A stretch of DNA of 64,000 nt. It comes from Candidatus Omnitrophota bacterium (GTDB taxonomy: Bacteria; Omnitrophota; Gorgyraeia; 2-02-FULL-51-18). The DNA lies in contig JAJVIE010000003.1 of the NCBI GenBank assembly GCA_022072175.1, positions 665,840-729,839 of the forward strand, read 5' to 3'. Both the position numbers and the translations under genes were made by a program. This document shows, piece by piece, positions 50,413 to 61,992 of the stretch. How positions within the stretch are numbered: position 1 is the stretch's first letter; every line of letters starts with the position of its first letter. The notes under the pieces were generated by a model. The model was given only the letters and a program-made list of their open reading frames with translations, did no database searches and was not told the origin of the DNA.

Positions 50413-51351
50413 TTAGCCCTGTCCGGCGAGGGCCGCTCGGGCCCTGCGGACATCGCCCGTGATGGCTTCGGCAAGTTCGACCGAGGAGCTGAACCTCTTG
50501 ATATCCCGGAGCTTACGCACGAACTCCAGCTCGATCGGCCGCCCATAGAGCGGGCCGTCGGGCGGAGTCAGGAAGTGCGCCTCGATGCTCGGGTCCTGTT
50601 CCCCAAAAGTCGGCCTCGGCCCGATATGGACGACGGCCCTGAGGCGCCTTCGGTCCAGCAGGCCCCAAGCGGCGTAGACCCCCGGCGGAGGCAGGGTCTC
50701 GTGATGGGGATTGAGGTTGGCCGTCGCATAACCGATCCGGCGGCCCCGGCCGTATCCTCGGACGACATCACCGTAGATCGATACCCGGCGTCCGAGCAAT
50801 CGCGCCGCGCCCGCCAGGTCCCCGCTCACGATCATCTCCCGGATGCGGGTGCTCGATACGGCGGTCCCTCCGACACGATAGACCCGCTCGACGTGGATCT
50901 CCCTTCCTCCGGAGGCGCCCCAGCGCTTGAGCCGGTCGGGATCCCCCAGCCCCTGCCGTCCGTACCTGAAATCATGGCCCACGCAGACGACCCGCGCCCC
51001 CAGCTTGCGGTCGAGCGTCTCCAGGAACGCGTCCGCGCTCATCGCCGCGAAGCGCTTGTCGAAGCGCACGACAATGGTCTCCGCGACGCCCAGCGCGGCC
51101 AACTGACTGAGGCGATGGCGCAGCGATTGGAGGATCGGCCTTCGATGATCCGGGTACAGGACGTTCTTCGGATGAGGATCGAACGTCACAACAGCGGCTT
51201 TCAGGCCCCGGCGGCGCGCCGCGGCGACGGCCCGGAGCACGATCCTCCGGTGCGCGCGGTGCACTCCGTCAAAGACCCCGATCGCGACCGCCCTCCCCCG
51301 CACGCGGCCGCTCTTGAGACCGGGATCAGCCAAGCCTTTGTAGACGCGCAT
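50413..51351 (-). CDS. ribF: bifunctional riboflavin kinase / FMN adenylyltransferase
   Basis: MRVYKGL... with [13 protein letters not shown] (FAD synthetase) and a C-terminal riboflavin kinase domain. Start re-assigned from the track's 463-aa ORF. Confidence 0.88.
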   Translation of the reverse strand: MRVYKGLADPGLKSGRVRGRAVAIGVFDGVHRAHRRIVLRAVAAARRRGLKAAVVTFDPHPKNVLYPDHRRPILQSLRHRLSQLAALGVAETIVVRFDKRFAAMSADAFLETLDRKLGARVVCVGHDFRYGRQGLGDPDRLKRWGASGGREIHVERVYRVGGTAVSSTRIREMIVSGDLAGAARLLGRRVSIYGDVVRGYGRGRRIGYATANLNPHHETLPPPGVYAAWGLLDRRRLRAVVHIGPRPTFGEQDPSIEAHFLTPPDGPLYGRPIELEFVRKLRDIKRFSSSVELAEAITGDVRRARAALAGQG

Positions 51352-51352
51352 A

Positions 51353-52021
51353 TCAGAACAGCCGGCCGGCCAGGGTCGGTCCGGCGTCCGTTGCGAGCGA
51401 TTCGACCGTGACGGCTTGGGAAAGATCATAAGGACCGATACGTCTGCGCTTGAGCGCGGACAGGACCGCCCCGCAGCCCAGCCGCTCGCCGAGCTCGGCG
51501 GCCAGCGAGCGTACGTACGTTCCTTTGGAGCAGACGATACGGAACGCCACGTCCGGCTCGCGGTATCCGATGATCTCGAACTCATGCACGGTGACCTTAC
51601 GGGGCTCGGGCAGCACCTCCTGACCCTTGCGGGCCAGGTCGCACGACTTGCGCCCCTTGATCTTGAGCGCCGAGTAGGCCGGCGGTCGCTGCTCGAGCGC
51701 TCCACGCAACGAGGAAGCCGCGGATCGGACGCGGTCGATCGTGACATCGACCGGCGACTGTGAGGACACGCGCCCTTCGAGATCGAGCGTGTCCGTGCGG
51801 ACACCGAGCGTGAGGATGCCTTCGTAGGTCTTGTCCAGCCCCATGAACTCGTCCGACCGCTTGGTGGCCTTGCCCAGGAGCATCACCAACAGCCCCGTCG
51901 CCATCGGGTCGAGCGTACCGGCATGTCCGATGCGGCGAAGGCCGGTGCGCCGGCGCAGGTGGTCGACCGCGTCATGGCTCGTCCAGAGGATCGGCTTGTC
52001 CAGCAGAAGCGCGCCGTCCAT
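51353..52021 (-). CDS. truB: tRNA pseudouridine(55) synthase
   Basis: 222 aa. GHAGTLDPMATGLLV catalytic Asp motif. Confidence 0.9.
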   Translation of the reverse strand: MDGALLLDKPILWTSHDAVDHLRRRTGLRRIGHAGTLDPMATGLLVMLLGKATKRSDEFMGLDKTYEGILTLGVRTDTLDLEGRVSSQSPVDVTIDRVRSAASSLRGALEQRPPAYSALKIKGRKSCDLARKGQEVLPEPRKVTVHEFEIIGYREPDVAFRIVCSKGTYVRSLAAELGERLGCGAVLSALKRRRIGPYDLSQAVTVESLATDAGPTLAGRLF

Positions 52022-52023
52022 GC

Positions 52024-52395
52024 TCAGCCGTCCTTGCGGGGCTCCGCGCCGGCATCCTTCTCGTGGATCTTGCGCAGGATCCCTTCGATCTTCAGACTGT
52101 GATCGATCGAACGGTCGAGCTCGAAGCGCAGCTCCGTGGCGTACTTCATGTTGATGCGCTCCACGGCGAGGTGTTTGATGTAGCCGAGGTTCTCGGAGAT
52201 CGCGCGCGCGGACTCCTGCTTCTTGTCCTCGTCGCCGAGCACGCTGTAGAACACCCGCGCGAAACGCAGGTCATCGGTCACCTCGACCCGCGTGATCGTG
52301 ATGAAACCCAGATGCGGGTCGCTGACCTCCTCGATCAGGATCTGGCTGATGATCTTGCGCAGTTCTTCGGCGACCTGGTTGGCTCTTTGGGACAT
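52024..52395 (-). CDS. rbfA: ribosome-binding factor A
   Basis: 123 aa. RbfA family (RVEVTDDLRFARVFYSV). Confidence 0.88.
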   Translation of the reverse strand: MSQRANQVAEELRKIISQILIEEVSDPHLGFITITRVEVTDDLRFARVFYSVLGDEDKKQESARAISENLGYIKHLAVERINMKYATELRFELDRSIDHSLKIEGILRKIHEKDAGAEPRKDG

Positions 52396-52414
52396 TCGTC
52401 TCCTCTCCGGCGGT

Positions 52415-53299
52415 CTAGGCGCGGGGATGGAACCGCGCGTGGACGGACCTCAATCTGTTCTTCTCGATGTGGGTGTAGATCTGCGTGGTCGATATGTCCG
52501 AGTGGCCCAGCAGTTCCTGGACCACACGCAGATCCGCTCCGTTCTCCAACAAATGCGTCGCGAACGAGTGCCGCAACAGATGCGGGTACACGTTCTTGGT
52601 GATGCCCGCGCAGCGCGCGGCCCGGCGCAGGACCTTCCAGACCCCGATACGGCTCAACGCCTGTCCCCGCCGGCCCACGAAAACCGCCCGCGTGGCCGAC
52701 GCGGCCCAGCGCGGCCGCACTTCGGCCAGGTACGAACCCAATGCCCGTCGGGCGCGGCTGCCGATCGGCACGAAACGCTCCTTGGAGCCCTTGCCGCGGA
52801 CGCGCAACGACCCTTGAGCCAGATCGAGACCCTCCAGCGTGAGCGTCGCGGCCTCGCTGGCCCGCAGGCCGCAGGCGTACAGCACCTCGAGCAGGGCCCG
52901 GTCGCGCAAGAGCTCCTCGCCGTCCCCCGCTCCACCCGCCTCCAAGAGCCGACCCACTTCCTCCTGGGTCAGATAACCCGGCAGACGCTTCCAGAGCTTG
53001 GGCGACTCCAGCGCCTCGGTGACGTCCTTGTCGACGGAGCCCTCCGAGACCAGATAGCGGTGCAGCATCCGCACGGCCACAAGCTCCCGGGCGACGGAGA
53101 CCGGCGACAGGCCCCGATCCCTCTCGCGCAGCAAGAAATCCATCACGTCCTTACGTGATGCGTTGCGCAGCGACGAGCGCTTGGTCCCGAGGTGCGCTTC
53201 GTAGCGGAGCAGGTCGCGGCGGTACGACGACAGCGTGTTGGCCGAAAGCCCTCTTTCGACCGACAGGTGGTCCAGAAAACCCGCGATCAGCGGGTCCAT
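52415..53299 (-). CDS. xerD: tyrosine site-specific recombinase XerC/XerD
   Basis: 294 aa. N-terminal SAM-like domain ([14 protein letters not shown]) and catalytic domain ([39 protein letters not shown]). Its housekeeping context points to chromosome-dimer resolution rather than a mobile-element integrase. Confidence 0.8.
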   Translation of the reverse strand: MDPLIAGFLDHLSVERGLSANTLSSYRRDLLRYEAHLGTKRSSLRNASRKDVMDFLLRERDRGLSPVSVARELVAVRMLHRYLVSEGSVDKDVTEALESPKLWKRLPGYLTQEEVGRLLEAGGAGDGEELLRDRALLEVLYACGLRASEAATLTLEGLDLAQGSLRVRGKGSKERFVPIGSRARRALGSYLAEVRPRWAASATRAVFVGRRGQALSRIGVWKVLRRAARCAGITKNVYPHLLRHSFATHLLENGADLRVVQELLGHSDISTTQIYTHIEKNRLRSVHARFHPRA

Positions 53300-53308
53300 G
53301 CCGAGCTC

Positions 53309-53830
53309 CTAGGCCTGCGGCCCGCCCAGATCGACCACGTCCGGCAGGAGACGGTCCTTGACCTTGCTGTAGTAGTAACCCCCCGCCACGCTCCGGCCGA
53401 TCTGCTCGATCTCAGGCCTCAACGACTCGGGGTTGCTATCGTAATAGCCGGCTTCCAGACGCTCGCGGATCGCCTGCAGGCGGGCGATGATCACATCGAG
53501 CTCGGCCTTCGGTTCCGGCTGAAGATAGTTGGACATCTCGGCCAGGTGGCTGACCACTTCCTGCGCGGCGCGGCGCAAACGCTTCTTGTTGCCGTCTCGC
53601 AGATTGTCCAAGAGATCGTCCTGCCAGGTGCTCCAGAACGTATAGTGGGTCTTGTAGTAATATTCGTTGGAGTACTTCTTCTGATGCGGCCCCTCCTCCA
53701 GATAGATCACGGACTGGGTGCGCTCGGGCGCCTTCTTCTTACGCGTGAACTTCTTCTGGACCGTAGCGCAGCCGGCGGTGCTCGCCGCGAGGACCGTCGC
53801 CAACAGCGCGGCCGTGAGCCTTCTATTCAT
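53309..53830 (-). CDS. hypothetical lipoprotein (Tyr-rich)
   Basis: Start at MNRRLTAALLATVLAASTAGC (signal peptide with a lipobox Cys). SD GGAGG upstream. No recognisable domain. Confidence 0.6.
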   Translation of the reverse strand: MNRRLTAALLATVLAASTAGCATVQKKFTRKKKAPERTQSVIYLEEGPHQKKYSNEYYYKTHYTFWSTWQDDLLDNLRDGNKKRLRRAAQEVVSHLAEMSNYLQPEPKAELDVIIARLQAIRERLEAGYYDSNPESLRPEIEQIGRSVAGGYYYSKVKDRLLPDVVDLGGPQA

Positions 53831-53846
53831 CTCCACATGCCTCCGT

Positions 53847-56161
<2,315 letters not shown>

Positions 56162-56168
56162 GGCTTCA

Positions 56169-57530
56169 TTATACCCGATACCGCGGCCCGAGCAGAACGT
56201 CCGCCAGCCTCTGCACTTCGTTACGGAGCTTGGCGCTGTCGTGTCGGACAAGCTCGGTTTGATTGGCGACATCCGCCCTTACGATCTTGGCCCGGGTCGC
56301 TCGCGAAAGATCCGAAACACCGCCCGCACTGACGGGGGACTGGTCCTTCTTGGCGTACTCGGCGATGGACTCGGCCGAGAAACGCGTATCCGAGACGATC
56401 ACCCCGTCGAGCTTGTCCCCCCCGAGATAGCGGACCACCTCGCGGACGTGGTCCTTGACCGTGTAGCCGTGCGTCTCCCCCGGCTTGGTCATGAGGTTGC
56501 AGATGTACACACGCTTGGACCGGCCCCGGACCACGGCCTCGGCCAGACGGTCCACCGCGAAGTTGGTCAGGACGCTCGTATAGAGGTCTCCCGGACCGAT
56601 GAGCACGAGGTCCGCGAACAGGATGGAAGTGTACGCGTCGATGTGGCAGCGGCTGGCGGGTTCGTGCCAGATCCTGCGGATGCGCAGATCCGGGGCCCGG
56701 CCTTCGCACAGATCGATGCGGCTTTCGCCTTTGACGACGGTGCCGTCCTTGAACTCCGCCACCAGACGGCTCAGCGTCGTCGTCGCCGGCAACACCACAC
56801 CCTGGATGTTCAGGATGTCGCTGAGCGCCCGGACGGCCTCGGCCATGGACCCCCGGACCTCGGCCAGTACGGTGAGGAAAAGATTGCCGAAGCTGTGTCC
56901 GTGCAGTTCGCCGCCCTTTTCGAAACGATGCTGGATGATCTGGTTCATGAGGTCCGGAGCGTTCGATAGCGCCACCAGGCTCCTGCGAATATCACCGGGG
57001 GGCAGGATGCCGAATGTCTGGCTCAATTTGCCGGAAGACCCCCCGTCGTCGCTCATGTTGACGATGGAGGTGAGGAGTGTTTGTGGCAGGGACTTGAGAC
57101 CCAGGAGAAGCGTGAAAAGGCCCGTGCCTCCTCCGATGCAGGTGATCCGGCGCTTGCCCTGCAACACGGCCATCAGGCGAAGGACCAACTCCCGTTGGTG
57201 ATGATCCGAAGACAGGTAGTCGGACGCTCCCGCTTCCAGGGCTTCGAGGGCGCCGTCGGGTTCGGGCCGGCCCGACAACACAACGCAGGGCGGGCCAAGG
57301 CGGCACAAACGGCGCAACAGCGCCGAGCGCTCCCGGCGCGATAGACCGATCCAGTGCGGCTCGTCGAACACGATGAGGCCCGAGCGCTTGGCGTGGGACT
57401 TCAGCGAGGCGGGCCGGAGATCGGCCGTCGATCCGACGGAGACATGGACCCTCGACAACGCCGACCCGATCGCGGCGGCGACCGCCTCCCTTCCGACCAC
57501 GACCAACCGCATCCGGGGGGTCCTAGGCAC
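56169..57530 (-). CDS. fusion protein: N-terminal degenerate receiver (REC-like) domain plus C-terminal YvcK/UPF0052 (CofD-like gluconeogenesis factor) domain
   Basis: Residues about 7-125 align to the CheY fold (MRLVVVG ... LIVFDEP ... CVVLSGRP ... DYLSSD). The acid pocket and the Lys are not conserved. The remainder is collinear with B. subtilis YvcK ([16 protein letters not shown] ... [10 protein letters not shown] ... [13 protein letters not shown] ... [11 protein letters not shown] ... [18 protein letters not shown]). Confidence 0.8.
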   Translation of the reverse strand: MPRTPRMRLVVVGREAVAAAIGSALSRVHVSVGSTADLRPASLKSHAKRSGLIVFDEPHWIGLSRRERSALLRRLCRLGPPCVVLSGRPEPDGALEALEAGASDYLSSDHHQRELVLRLMAVLQGKRRITCIGGGTGLFTLLLGLKSLPQTLLTSIVNMSDDGGSSGKLSQTFGILPPGDIRRSLVALSNAPDLMNQIIQHRFEKGGELHGHSFGNLFLTVLAEVRGSMAEAVRALSDILNIQGVVLPATTTLSRLVAEFKDGTVVKGESRIDLCEGRAPDLRIRRIWHEPASRCHIDAYTSILFADLVLIGPGDLYTSVLTNFAVDRLAEAVVRGRSKRVYICNLMTKPGETHGYTVKDHVREVVRYLGGDKLDGVIVSDTRFSAESIAEYAKKDQSPVSAGGVSDLSRATRAKIVRADVANQTELVRHDSAKLRNEVQRLADVLLGPRYRV

Positions 57531-57533
57531 GGC

Positions 57534-57875
57534 TCACCACTCCCTGAACACGACGTACACCGCCGCAACCATCAATCCAAAACCCAACAGATGGTTCCAC
57601 CGCAGATCCTCCTTGAGATAGAGCACCGAGAAGACCGCGAAGACGACCAGCGTCACGGCTTCTTGGATGGTCTTGAGCTGCACGGCCGTAAGGGTCCCAT
57701 GACCGATCCGGTTGGCCGGGACCTGAAAGCAATACTCGACAAAAGCGATGGCCCAACTGATCAGGATGACCTTCCAGAGCGCCTCGTGCTTGTATTTGAG
57801 GTGACCGTACCAGGCGAACGTCATGAAGACATTGGACAAGACCAGCAGGGCGATGGTTTGCGCGACCCTTGTCAT
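57534..57875 (-). CDS. small DMT-superfamily membrane protein (DUF486-like, four TM helices)
   Basis: 113 aa. Entirely hydrophobic with four predicted TM helices. A family guess only. Confidence 0.55.
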   Translation of the reverse strand: MTRVAQTIALLVLSNVFMTFAWYGHLKYKHEALWKVILISWAIAFVEYCFQVPANRIGHGTLTAVQLKTIQEAVTLVVFAVFSVLYLKEDLRWNHLLGFGLMVAAVYVVFREW

Positions 57876-58306
57876 CGACGGATCCTCGACAAGATCCGCC
57901 CGAGCACTTCGCGGTCCTTGGTGTGGGTCAACATCGTAAGCGCCGTCTCAGGGCGGACCCAACGCGCCTCCGGGTGCGCGGGATCGGTCGGCCGGAGCTC
58001 GGTCTGGTCGGTCTCGAAGTGGAACAACACGATCTCCTTGATCTCGGACAGGTCTTCACCGCCGCCCCTGGCGATCCTGGGACGCTCGTACCGGACGAGT
58101 TCTCCGAGACAGGACAGACGCGTCACACCCGATTCCTCGGCGATCTCCCGGCGAGCGGCGTCCAACTCGCTTTCCCCCGCTTCCAGATGACCTTTGGGTA
58201 GCGACCAGCTGTCCCCGTTCTGATTGACCACGAGGATCCGGCCATCGCGGCCCACGACCACTCCCCCGGCGCTGATCCTCCGTCTCGATCCGGGCTCAGC
58301 GGGCAC
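57872..58306 (-). CDS. Nudix hydrolase
   Basis: 144 aa. Nudix box GHLEAGESELDAARREIAEESGV. Confidence 0.8.
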   Translation of the reverse strand: MPAEPGSRRRISAGGVVVGRDGRILVVNQNGDSWSLPKGHLEAGESELDAARREIAEESGVTRLSCLGELVRYERPRIARGGGEDLSEIKEIVLFHFETDQTELRPTDPAHPEARWVRPETALTMLTHTKDREVLGRILSRIRR

Positions 58307-59405
58307 GCGAGGACCCTCCGGCGGGCGGGGCCAGCTTCAGTTCATAAGCTTCGATACGCGCGTAAGCCTCTTCGGCGGGGCTGGCGGGCGCGCTCAACCA
58401 GGATACGAAGATACGGTCGCCGACACGGGCCAGCGTGGGGCGCGCGGGCAGTTGCCCCCGCTCTCCGACCTTGAAATCCGCCCAGACCTCCATCCTCCGG
58501 TCCATCACTTGCAGATACGCGTCCGACCGCTCCGGAGCCCCCGGCTCCTCCCAGCGCGGCGTCGAGACGTACGTGACGAAATACAGGTCCTTGTGCACGA
58601 GCGAGCCGGAAGGCATCTTCTGCTGGCGGTCATCGTTCTCGAACTGGTAAACGGCCTGAGGGTTGTCGTGGGCGTCGAGCTCGGCGGCTTTGAGGACCCA
58701 GGATTCTCCGTCGCGGGCGGAGTAGTAGACGATCTTACGGTCCGGAGCCAGACCGAGCGCCAGTCCGGCCTCGAAAGCCCCCTCGAAGAACCCGTCCAAC
58801 ACCCGCTCCTCCAGAACAACGCCCTCCGGGGTGAGCTTGCGAAGCGTCAACCGGTCTCCGGGCCCGGCGGTACACAACAGGAACATGCCGTCAAGCCACG
58901 CTACCCCAAAACCCGAGAGAGATTCGCCGGACGGGCCGGTCACGTCGGCCGGAAGGCTCAGCACCAGCGATCGGGCCCTCTGCTCTCCGTGACTGTTCCA
59001 GCGGACCAGGTGCAAGACCTCCCCACCCGAACCGTCCGGAGACTGGTAGAACAGCGCCAACTCGGAACCCGCGCCCAACAGACGGAAGATCGGCTCCGCG
59101 CCGAACCACGCTGTCGGAACGGAAGCGATGCGATCGGCCGAACGCAGCTGGGGATCGACGGCATAGACGAGGATAGCCCTATCTTCGGAGGGTCCCGACG
59201 AACCCGCCAAGAAGAGCTTCCCGTCATCGGTCGAAGCGATCTCGGTGCGCAGGAAGCCCGACCCGACGATGATCTCCCCCTGATGCAGTAGAGACAGGTC
59301 TTCGGGTCGGTGGGGTCCGGCGTCGCTGGCAGCCGCCGCCGGGCTGAGCCCGGCGGCCAGGAGCGCGACCAGCATGATGGCGCGGAGTTGCGGACGGTGA
59401 TTCAT
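58296..59405 (-). CDS. secreted hypothetical protein
   Basis: Start at MNHRPQLRAIMLVALLAAGLSPAAAA (signal peptide). About 370 aa with no recognisable domain. The track ORF extends upstream across the tRNA gene. Confidence 0.55.
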   Translation of the reverse strand: MNHRPQLRAIMLVALLAAGLSPAAAASDAGPHRPEDLSLLHQGEIIVGSGFLRTEIASTDDGKLFLAGSSGPSEDRAILVYAVDPQLRSADRIASVPTAWFGAEPIFRLLGAGSELALFYQSPDGSGGEVLHLVRWNSHGEQRARSLVLSLPADVTGPSGESLSGFGVAWLDGMFLLCTAGPGDRLTLRKLTPEGVVLEERVLDGFFEGAFEAGLALGLAPDRKIVYYSARDGESWVLKAAELDAHDNPQAVYQFENDDRQQKMPSGSLVHKDLYFVTYVSTPRWEEPGAPERSDAYLQVMDRRMEVWADFKVGERGQLPARPTLARVGDRIFVSWLSAPASPAEEAYARIEAYELKLAPPAGGSSRAR

Positions 59406-59448
59406 CGATGGTCCGGAGAAGGGCTTTGAGCGCTTCCGGCCGGCAAAA

Positions 59449-59526
59449 TGGTCGGGATGCAGGGATTTGAACCCTGGACCTCCTGGTCCCGAACCAGGCG
59501 CGCTAGCCAAGCTGCGCTACATCCCG
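59449..59526 (-). tRNA. tRNA-Pro (anticodon CGG), CCA encoded
   Basis: Reverse complement reads CGGGATGTAGCGCAGCTTGGCTAGCGCGCCTGGTTCGGGACCAGGAGGTCCAGGGTTCAAATCCCTGCATCCCGACCA. Acceptor stem CGGGATG/CATCCCG. Anticodon loop TTCGGGA. Confidence 0.85.
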
Positions 59527-59537
59527 AAGTCCCGATA

Positions 59538-60134
59538 TTATAGATGAGCGCTGTGCTTCTGTAAACGTCCGGATTCGAACGACCCGGGACCGCCGCTCTC
59601 CTCGCGGAGAGCCTTGAAGATCAACACCTGGGACCTCACGGTCCTGGCGTCGATGGCCCACTTGATCCCGCACAGGACGGCGAGCGCCACCCATTGAACG
59701 AAGTATCGCGGCACCGCCAACGAGACCACGAAACAGACCACGCAGGCCCCCAACCACGCCCATGCCGCCGCGCGTCTTTTTCCGAGAGCTCCGGCCGCGG
59801 GCGCTTCTATGGCTTTGTGGCAATGCGGACAAACCAAACCCCGCGCACCCGATGCGCCCGCCCCCAGACCGACGGCTTTGAGCGACCACTCCCGAGGAAC
59901 TTCGGGGGCCCCTTCATCGAAGCCCGGCAACCCCGCCCCACCCCGGAGCTCGAGGATCAGATCTTGCAACGATCTGTCCGAAGCCAATGCGCTCAGGACC
60001 CACCTCTCCTCTTCCTCGGTCAACTTACCCTCAATAAAACGAGCCAAAACTTCATTGCTCACGGCCTCCGCCCGGGTTTCACGGCCGCTCGACAACCGTT
60101 TCATGGCCTGCTGGATCCACCGTTCGTCGCTCAT
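59538..60134 (-). CDS. putative membrane-anchored anti-sigma factor
   Basis: 198 aa. N-terminal anti-sigma-like region (ARFIEGKLTEEEERWVLSALASD), a CPHCH motif, and one TM helix. It lies 42 nt downstream of the ECF sigma gene. Confidence 0.55.
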   Translation of the reverse strand: MSDERWIQQAMKRLSSGRETRAEAVSNEVLARFIEGKLTEEEERWVLSALASDRSLQDLILELRGGAGLPGFDEGAPEVPREWSLKAVGLGAGASGARGLVCPHCHKAIEAPAAGALGKRRAAAWAWLGACVVCFVVSLAVPRYFVQWVALAVLCGIKWAIDARTVRSQVLIFKALREESGGPGSFESGRLQKHSAHL

Positions 60135-60176
60135 GGTCTCCCCTTCATATTGGTCGCCGGATGAGACACGGTTCGT

Positions 60177-60776
60177 TCAACCCTCGATGCCTTTTTTTCG
60201 GAGCAGATCGGCCAGGCGCTCACGGGTACGGCGCAGTACCGTCGACACCGTATCCTGCGGCACCCCGAGGATCAGCGCGATCTCCCGGTGCGTTCGCTCG
60301 TGCACGTACGCCAACTCCAGACAGGTCCGCTCGCGGTACGGCAGATCTTCCAGCATCGACCTCAGCACCTGCTCCCGCTCGCGGCTCAGGAGGTCCGAAG
60401 AGGCGTCCAGTCCGTCCGTCGACGCGGCCTCGACGGTCCCGGTATCGACGCCGCCGTACCGTCTCTGACGACGGATATCGGCGCGCATCGCATCGAGCGC
60501 CGTCCTCGTGGCGATGATGGTCAGATATGCGCTCAGGCCCGAGCGTTCGCGCAGACGCTTCAGCTCTCCGCCCTGCAGCAGCTGGCGGAAAACGTCCTGG
60601 AACACATCCGCGGCGAGTCGATCGACCATCGACGGACCGCCTTTGGATAACGCTCGAGATACGGCCCACCGGACCAAGCGGCCGTAGCGGGCAACGAGCG
60701 ATCCCCAGGCGGGGCCGTCGCCCCTGAGACAGGCCTCGACCAGCTCGGTGTCGCTGAGGTCCTGCGGGCCGATCAA
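60177..60776 (-). CDS. RNA polymerase ECF-type sigma factor (sigma-70 regions 2 and 4)
   Basis: 199 aa. Region 2 (DVFQDVFRQL...) and region 4 HTH (LPYRERTCLELAYVHERTHREIALILGVPQDTVSTVLRR). Confidence 0.85.
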   Translation of the reverse strand: MIGPQDLSDTELVEACLRGDGPAWGSLVARYGRLVRWAVSRALSKGGPSMVDRLAADVFQDVFRQLLQGGELKRLRERSGLSAYLTIIATRTALDAMRADIRRQRRYGGVDTGTVEAASTDGLDASSDLLSREREQVLRSMLEDLPYRERTCLELAYVHERTHREIALILGVPQDTVSTVLRRTRERLADLLRKKGIEG

Positions 60777-61582
60777 GTGCCGAGCTTGACGTTCTTCAGG
60801 ATGCGTTCCAGCGTCGCCACGGCGGACAGGACGGCCAGGCGGCTGGTCTTGGGATTCTGCTCGGAGGGAAAGTTCTCGGTACGGGTATAGAAGGACCCGA
60901 AATCCCCGACGACGTACACCTCGTGGATGTTCACGAGCATATGCGGGCAGGCGATGATACGCACCTTGGTCCTTTTGGATCCGATACCGGCCAGCGACAG
61001 GATCGCCGAGACGTTGATGTTCTTCGGGAAGCCTTTGACGGCGCTCAGCGCGTCGCCCTCGTACAACACGCGCTCCTCCTTGAGGTTGCGGAGGTTGATG
61101 CCGTGACGCACCACGTACGGCGCGTCCTCGAATCCTTGGGGCGGTTTGCGCGTCGTGAGCGTCACCCTATGGATCTTGCCGATGTGAGCCGCCTTTAGGC
61201 CGTCGATGCCGACAACGCCTCCGCTGGGAAGATAGACACAACAGCGGTGACGCCGCGCAAGTTCGTAGAACTCCTTCTCGCGGCCGAGAAGACCGCCGGC
61301 GCTCATGACCATGACGTCCTTGCCCAAGGACAGCGCTTTGCGGAGGACCTCGGGCGCGGCGTCGCGCGAGGCCGCCTCGATCACCAGGTCGCATCTCTTG
61401 ACCAGGATGTCGAGAGGCAGGACGGGGGGTTTGGGGCGGAGCGATTTCTGGAGCTTGCGCGACCTCGACGGATCGGCGTCCCAGAGCGCCTCCAGGCTCG
61501 TCTCCTCGACGAACCGCCGCTGGCAGGCGTGAGCCAACTCACGCCCGATGGTGCCGCAACCGACGATACCGACCTTGATCAT
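60773..61582 (-). CDS. nadX: L-aspartate dehydrogenase
   Basis: 269 aa. [16 protein letters not shown] Rossmann motif, and the Asp-DH C-terminal domain profile of the Thermotoga NadX type. Confidence 0.75.
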   Translation of the reverse strand: MIKVGIVGCGTIGRELAHACQRRFVEETSLEALWDADPSRSRKLQKSLRPKPPVLPLDILVKRCDLVIEAASRDAAPEVLRKALSLGKDVMVMSAGGLLGREKEFYELARRHRCCVYLPSGGVVGIDGLKAAHIGKIHRVTLTTRKPPQGFEDAPYVVRHGINLRNLKEERVLYEGDALSAVKGFPKNINVSAILSLAGIGSKRTKVRIIACPHMLVNIHEVYVVGDFGSFYTRTENFPSEQNPKTSRLAVLSAVATLERILKNVKLGT

Positions 61583-61974
61583 CGACGGGCCTTGACCTTA
61601 CGGCGGCGTCCGGCCGGCGCGTCCTGGGCAGGGATGCGGTTGCGGCCGTCCACGAACACCACCCTGGGTGTCAGCTTGCGGATCTCCGCGTCGCTGAGCA
61701 ATCCGTACGAAATGATGATGACCTTGTCGCCGACCTCCGCCCATCGGGCGGCCGCGCCGTTCATGCAGATGGTGCCGGAGCCGGGGGCGCCCTCGAGGAT
61801 GTAGGTCTCGACGCGTGTGCCGTTGTTCAGGTTGACGATCTGCACCCTCTCGAACGGCATCATATCGGCCGCTTTGAGCAGGTCGCGGTCGATGGTGATG
61901 GATCCGGTGTATCGGAGATTGGCTTCCGTCACCGTCGCGCCGTGGATCTTGGACTTCATCATCACTCGAAGCAT
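61579..61974 (-). CDS. panD: aspartate 1-decarboxylase (pyruvoyl-dependent)
   Basis: 131 aa. [29 protein letters not shown]. The GS-ITID site is the self-cleavage Ser. Confidence 0.9.
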   Translation of the reverse strand: MLRVMMKSKIHGATVTEANLRYTGSITIDRDLLKAADMMPFERVQIVNLNNGTRVETYILEGAPGSGTICMNGAAARWAEVGDKVIIISYGLLSDAEIRKLTPRVVFVDGRNRIPAQDAPAGRRRKVKARR

Positions 61975-61992
61975 CGCGGTCCTTTCGATGGC

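Noticed and set aside
52415-53299. Tyrosine recombinase as a mobile-element integrase
   Set aside because: The sequence is XerC/XerD-like (N-terminal SAM-like domain, [15 protein letters not shown]). It sits among rbfA/truB/ligA with no att repeats, phage genes or GC anomaly. It was called a chromosome-dimer resolvase, not a mobile element.
59565-59590. Third tRNA (GGTTCGAATCC-like T-arm)
   Set aside because: Only a T-arm-like segment is present. There is no acceptor stem, anticodon arm or CCA, and it lies inside the anti-sigma ORF. It was kept only as a possible remnant in the findings.
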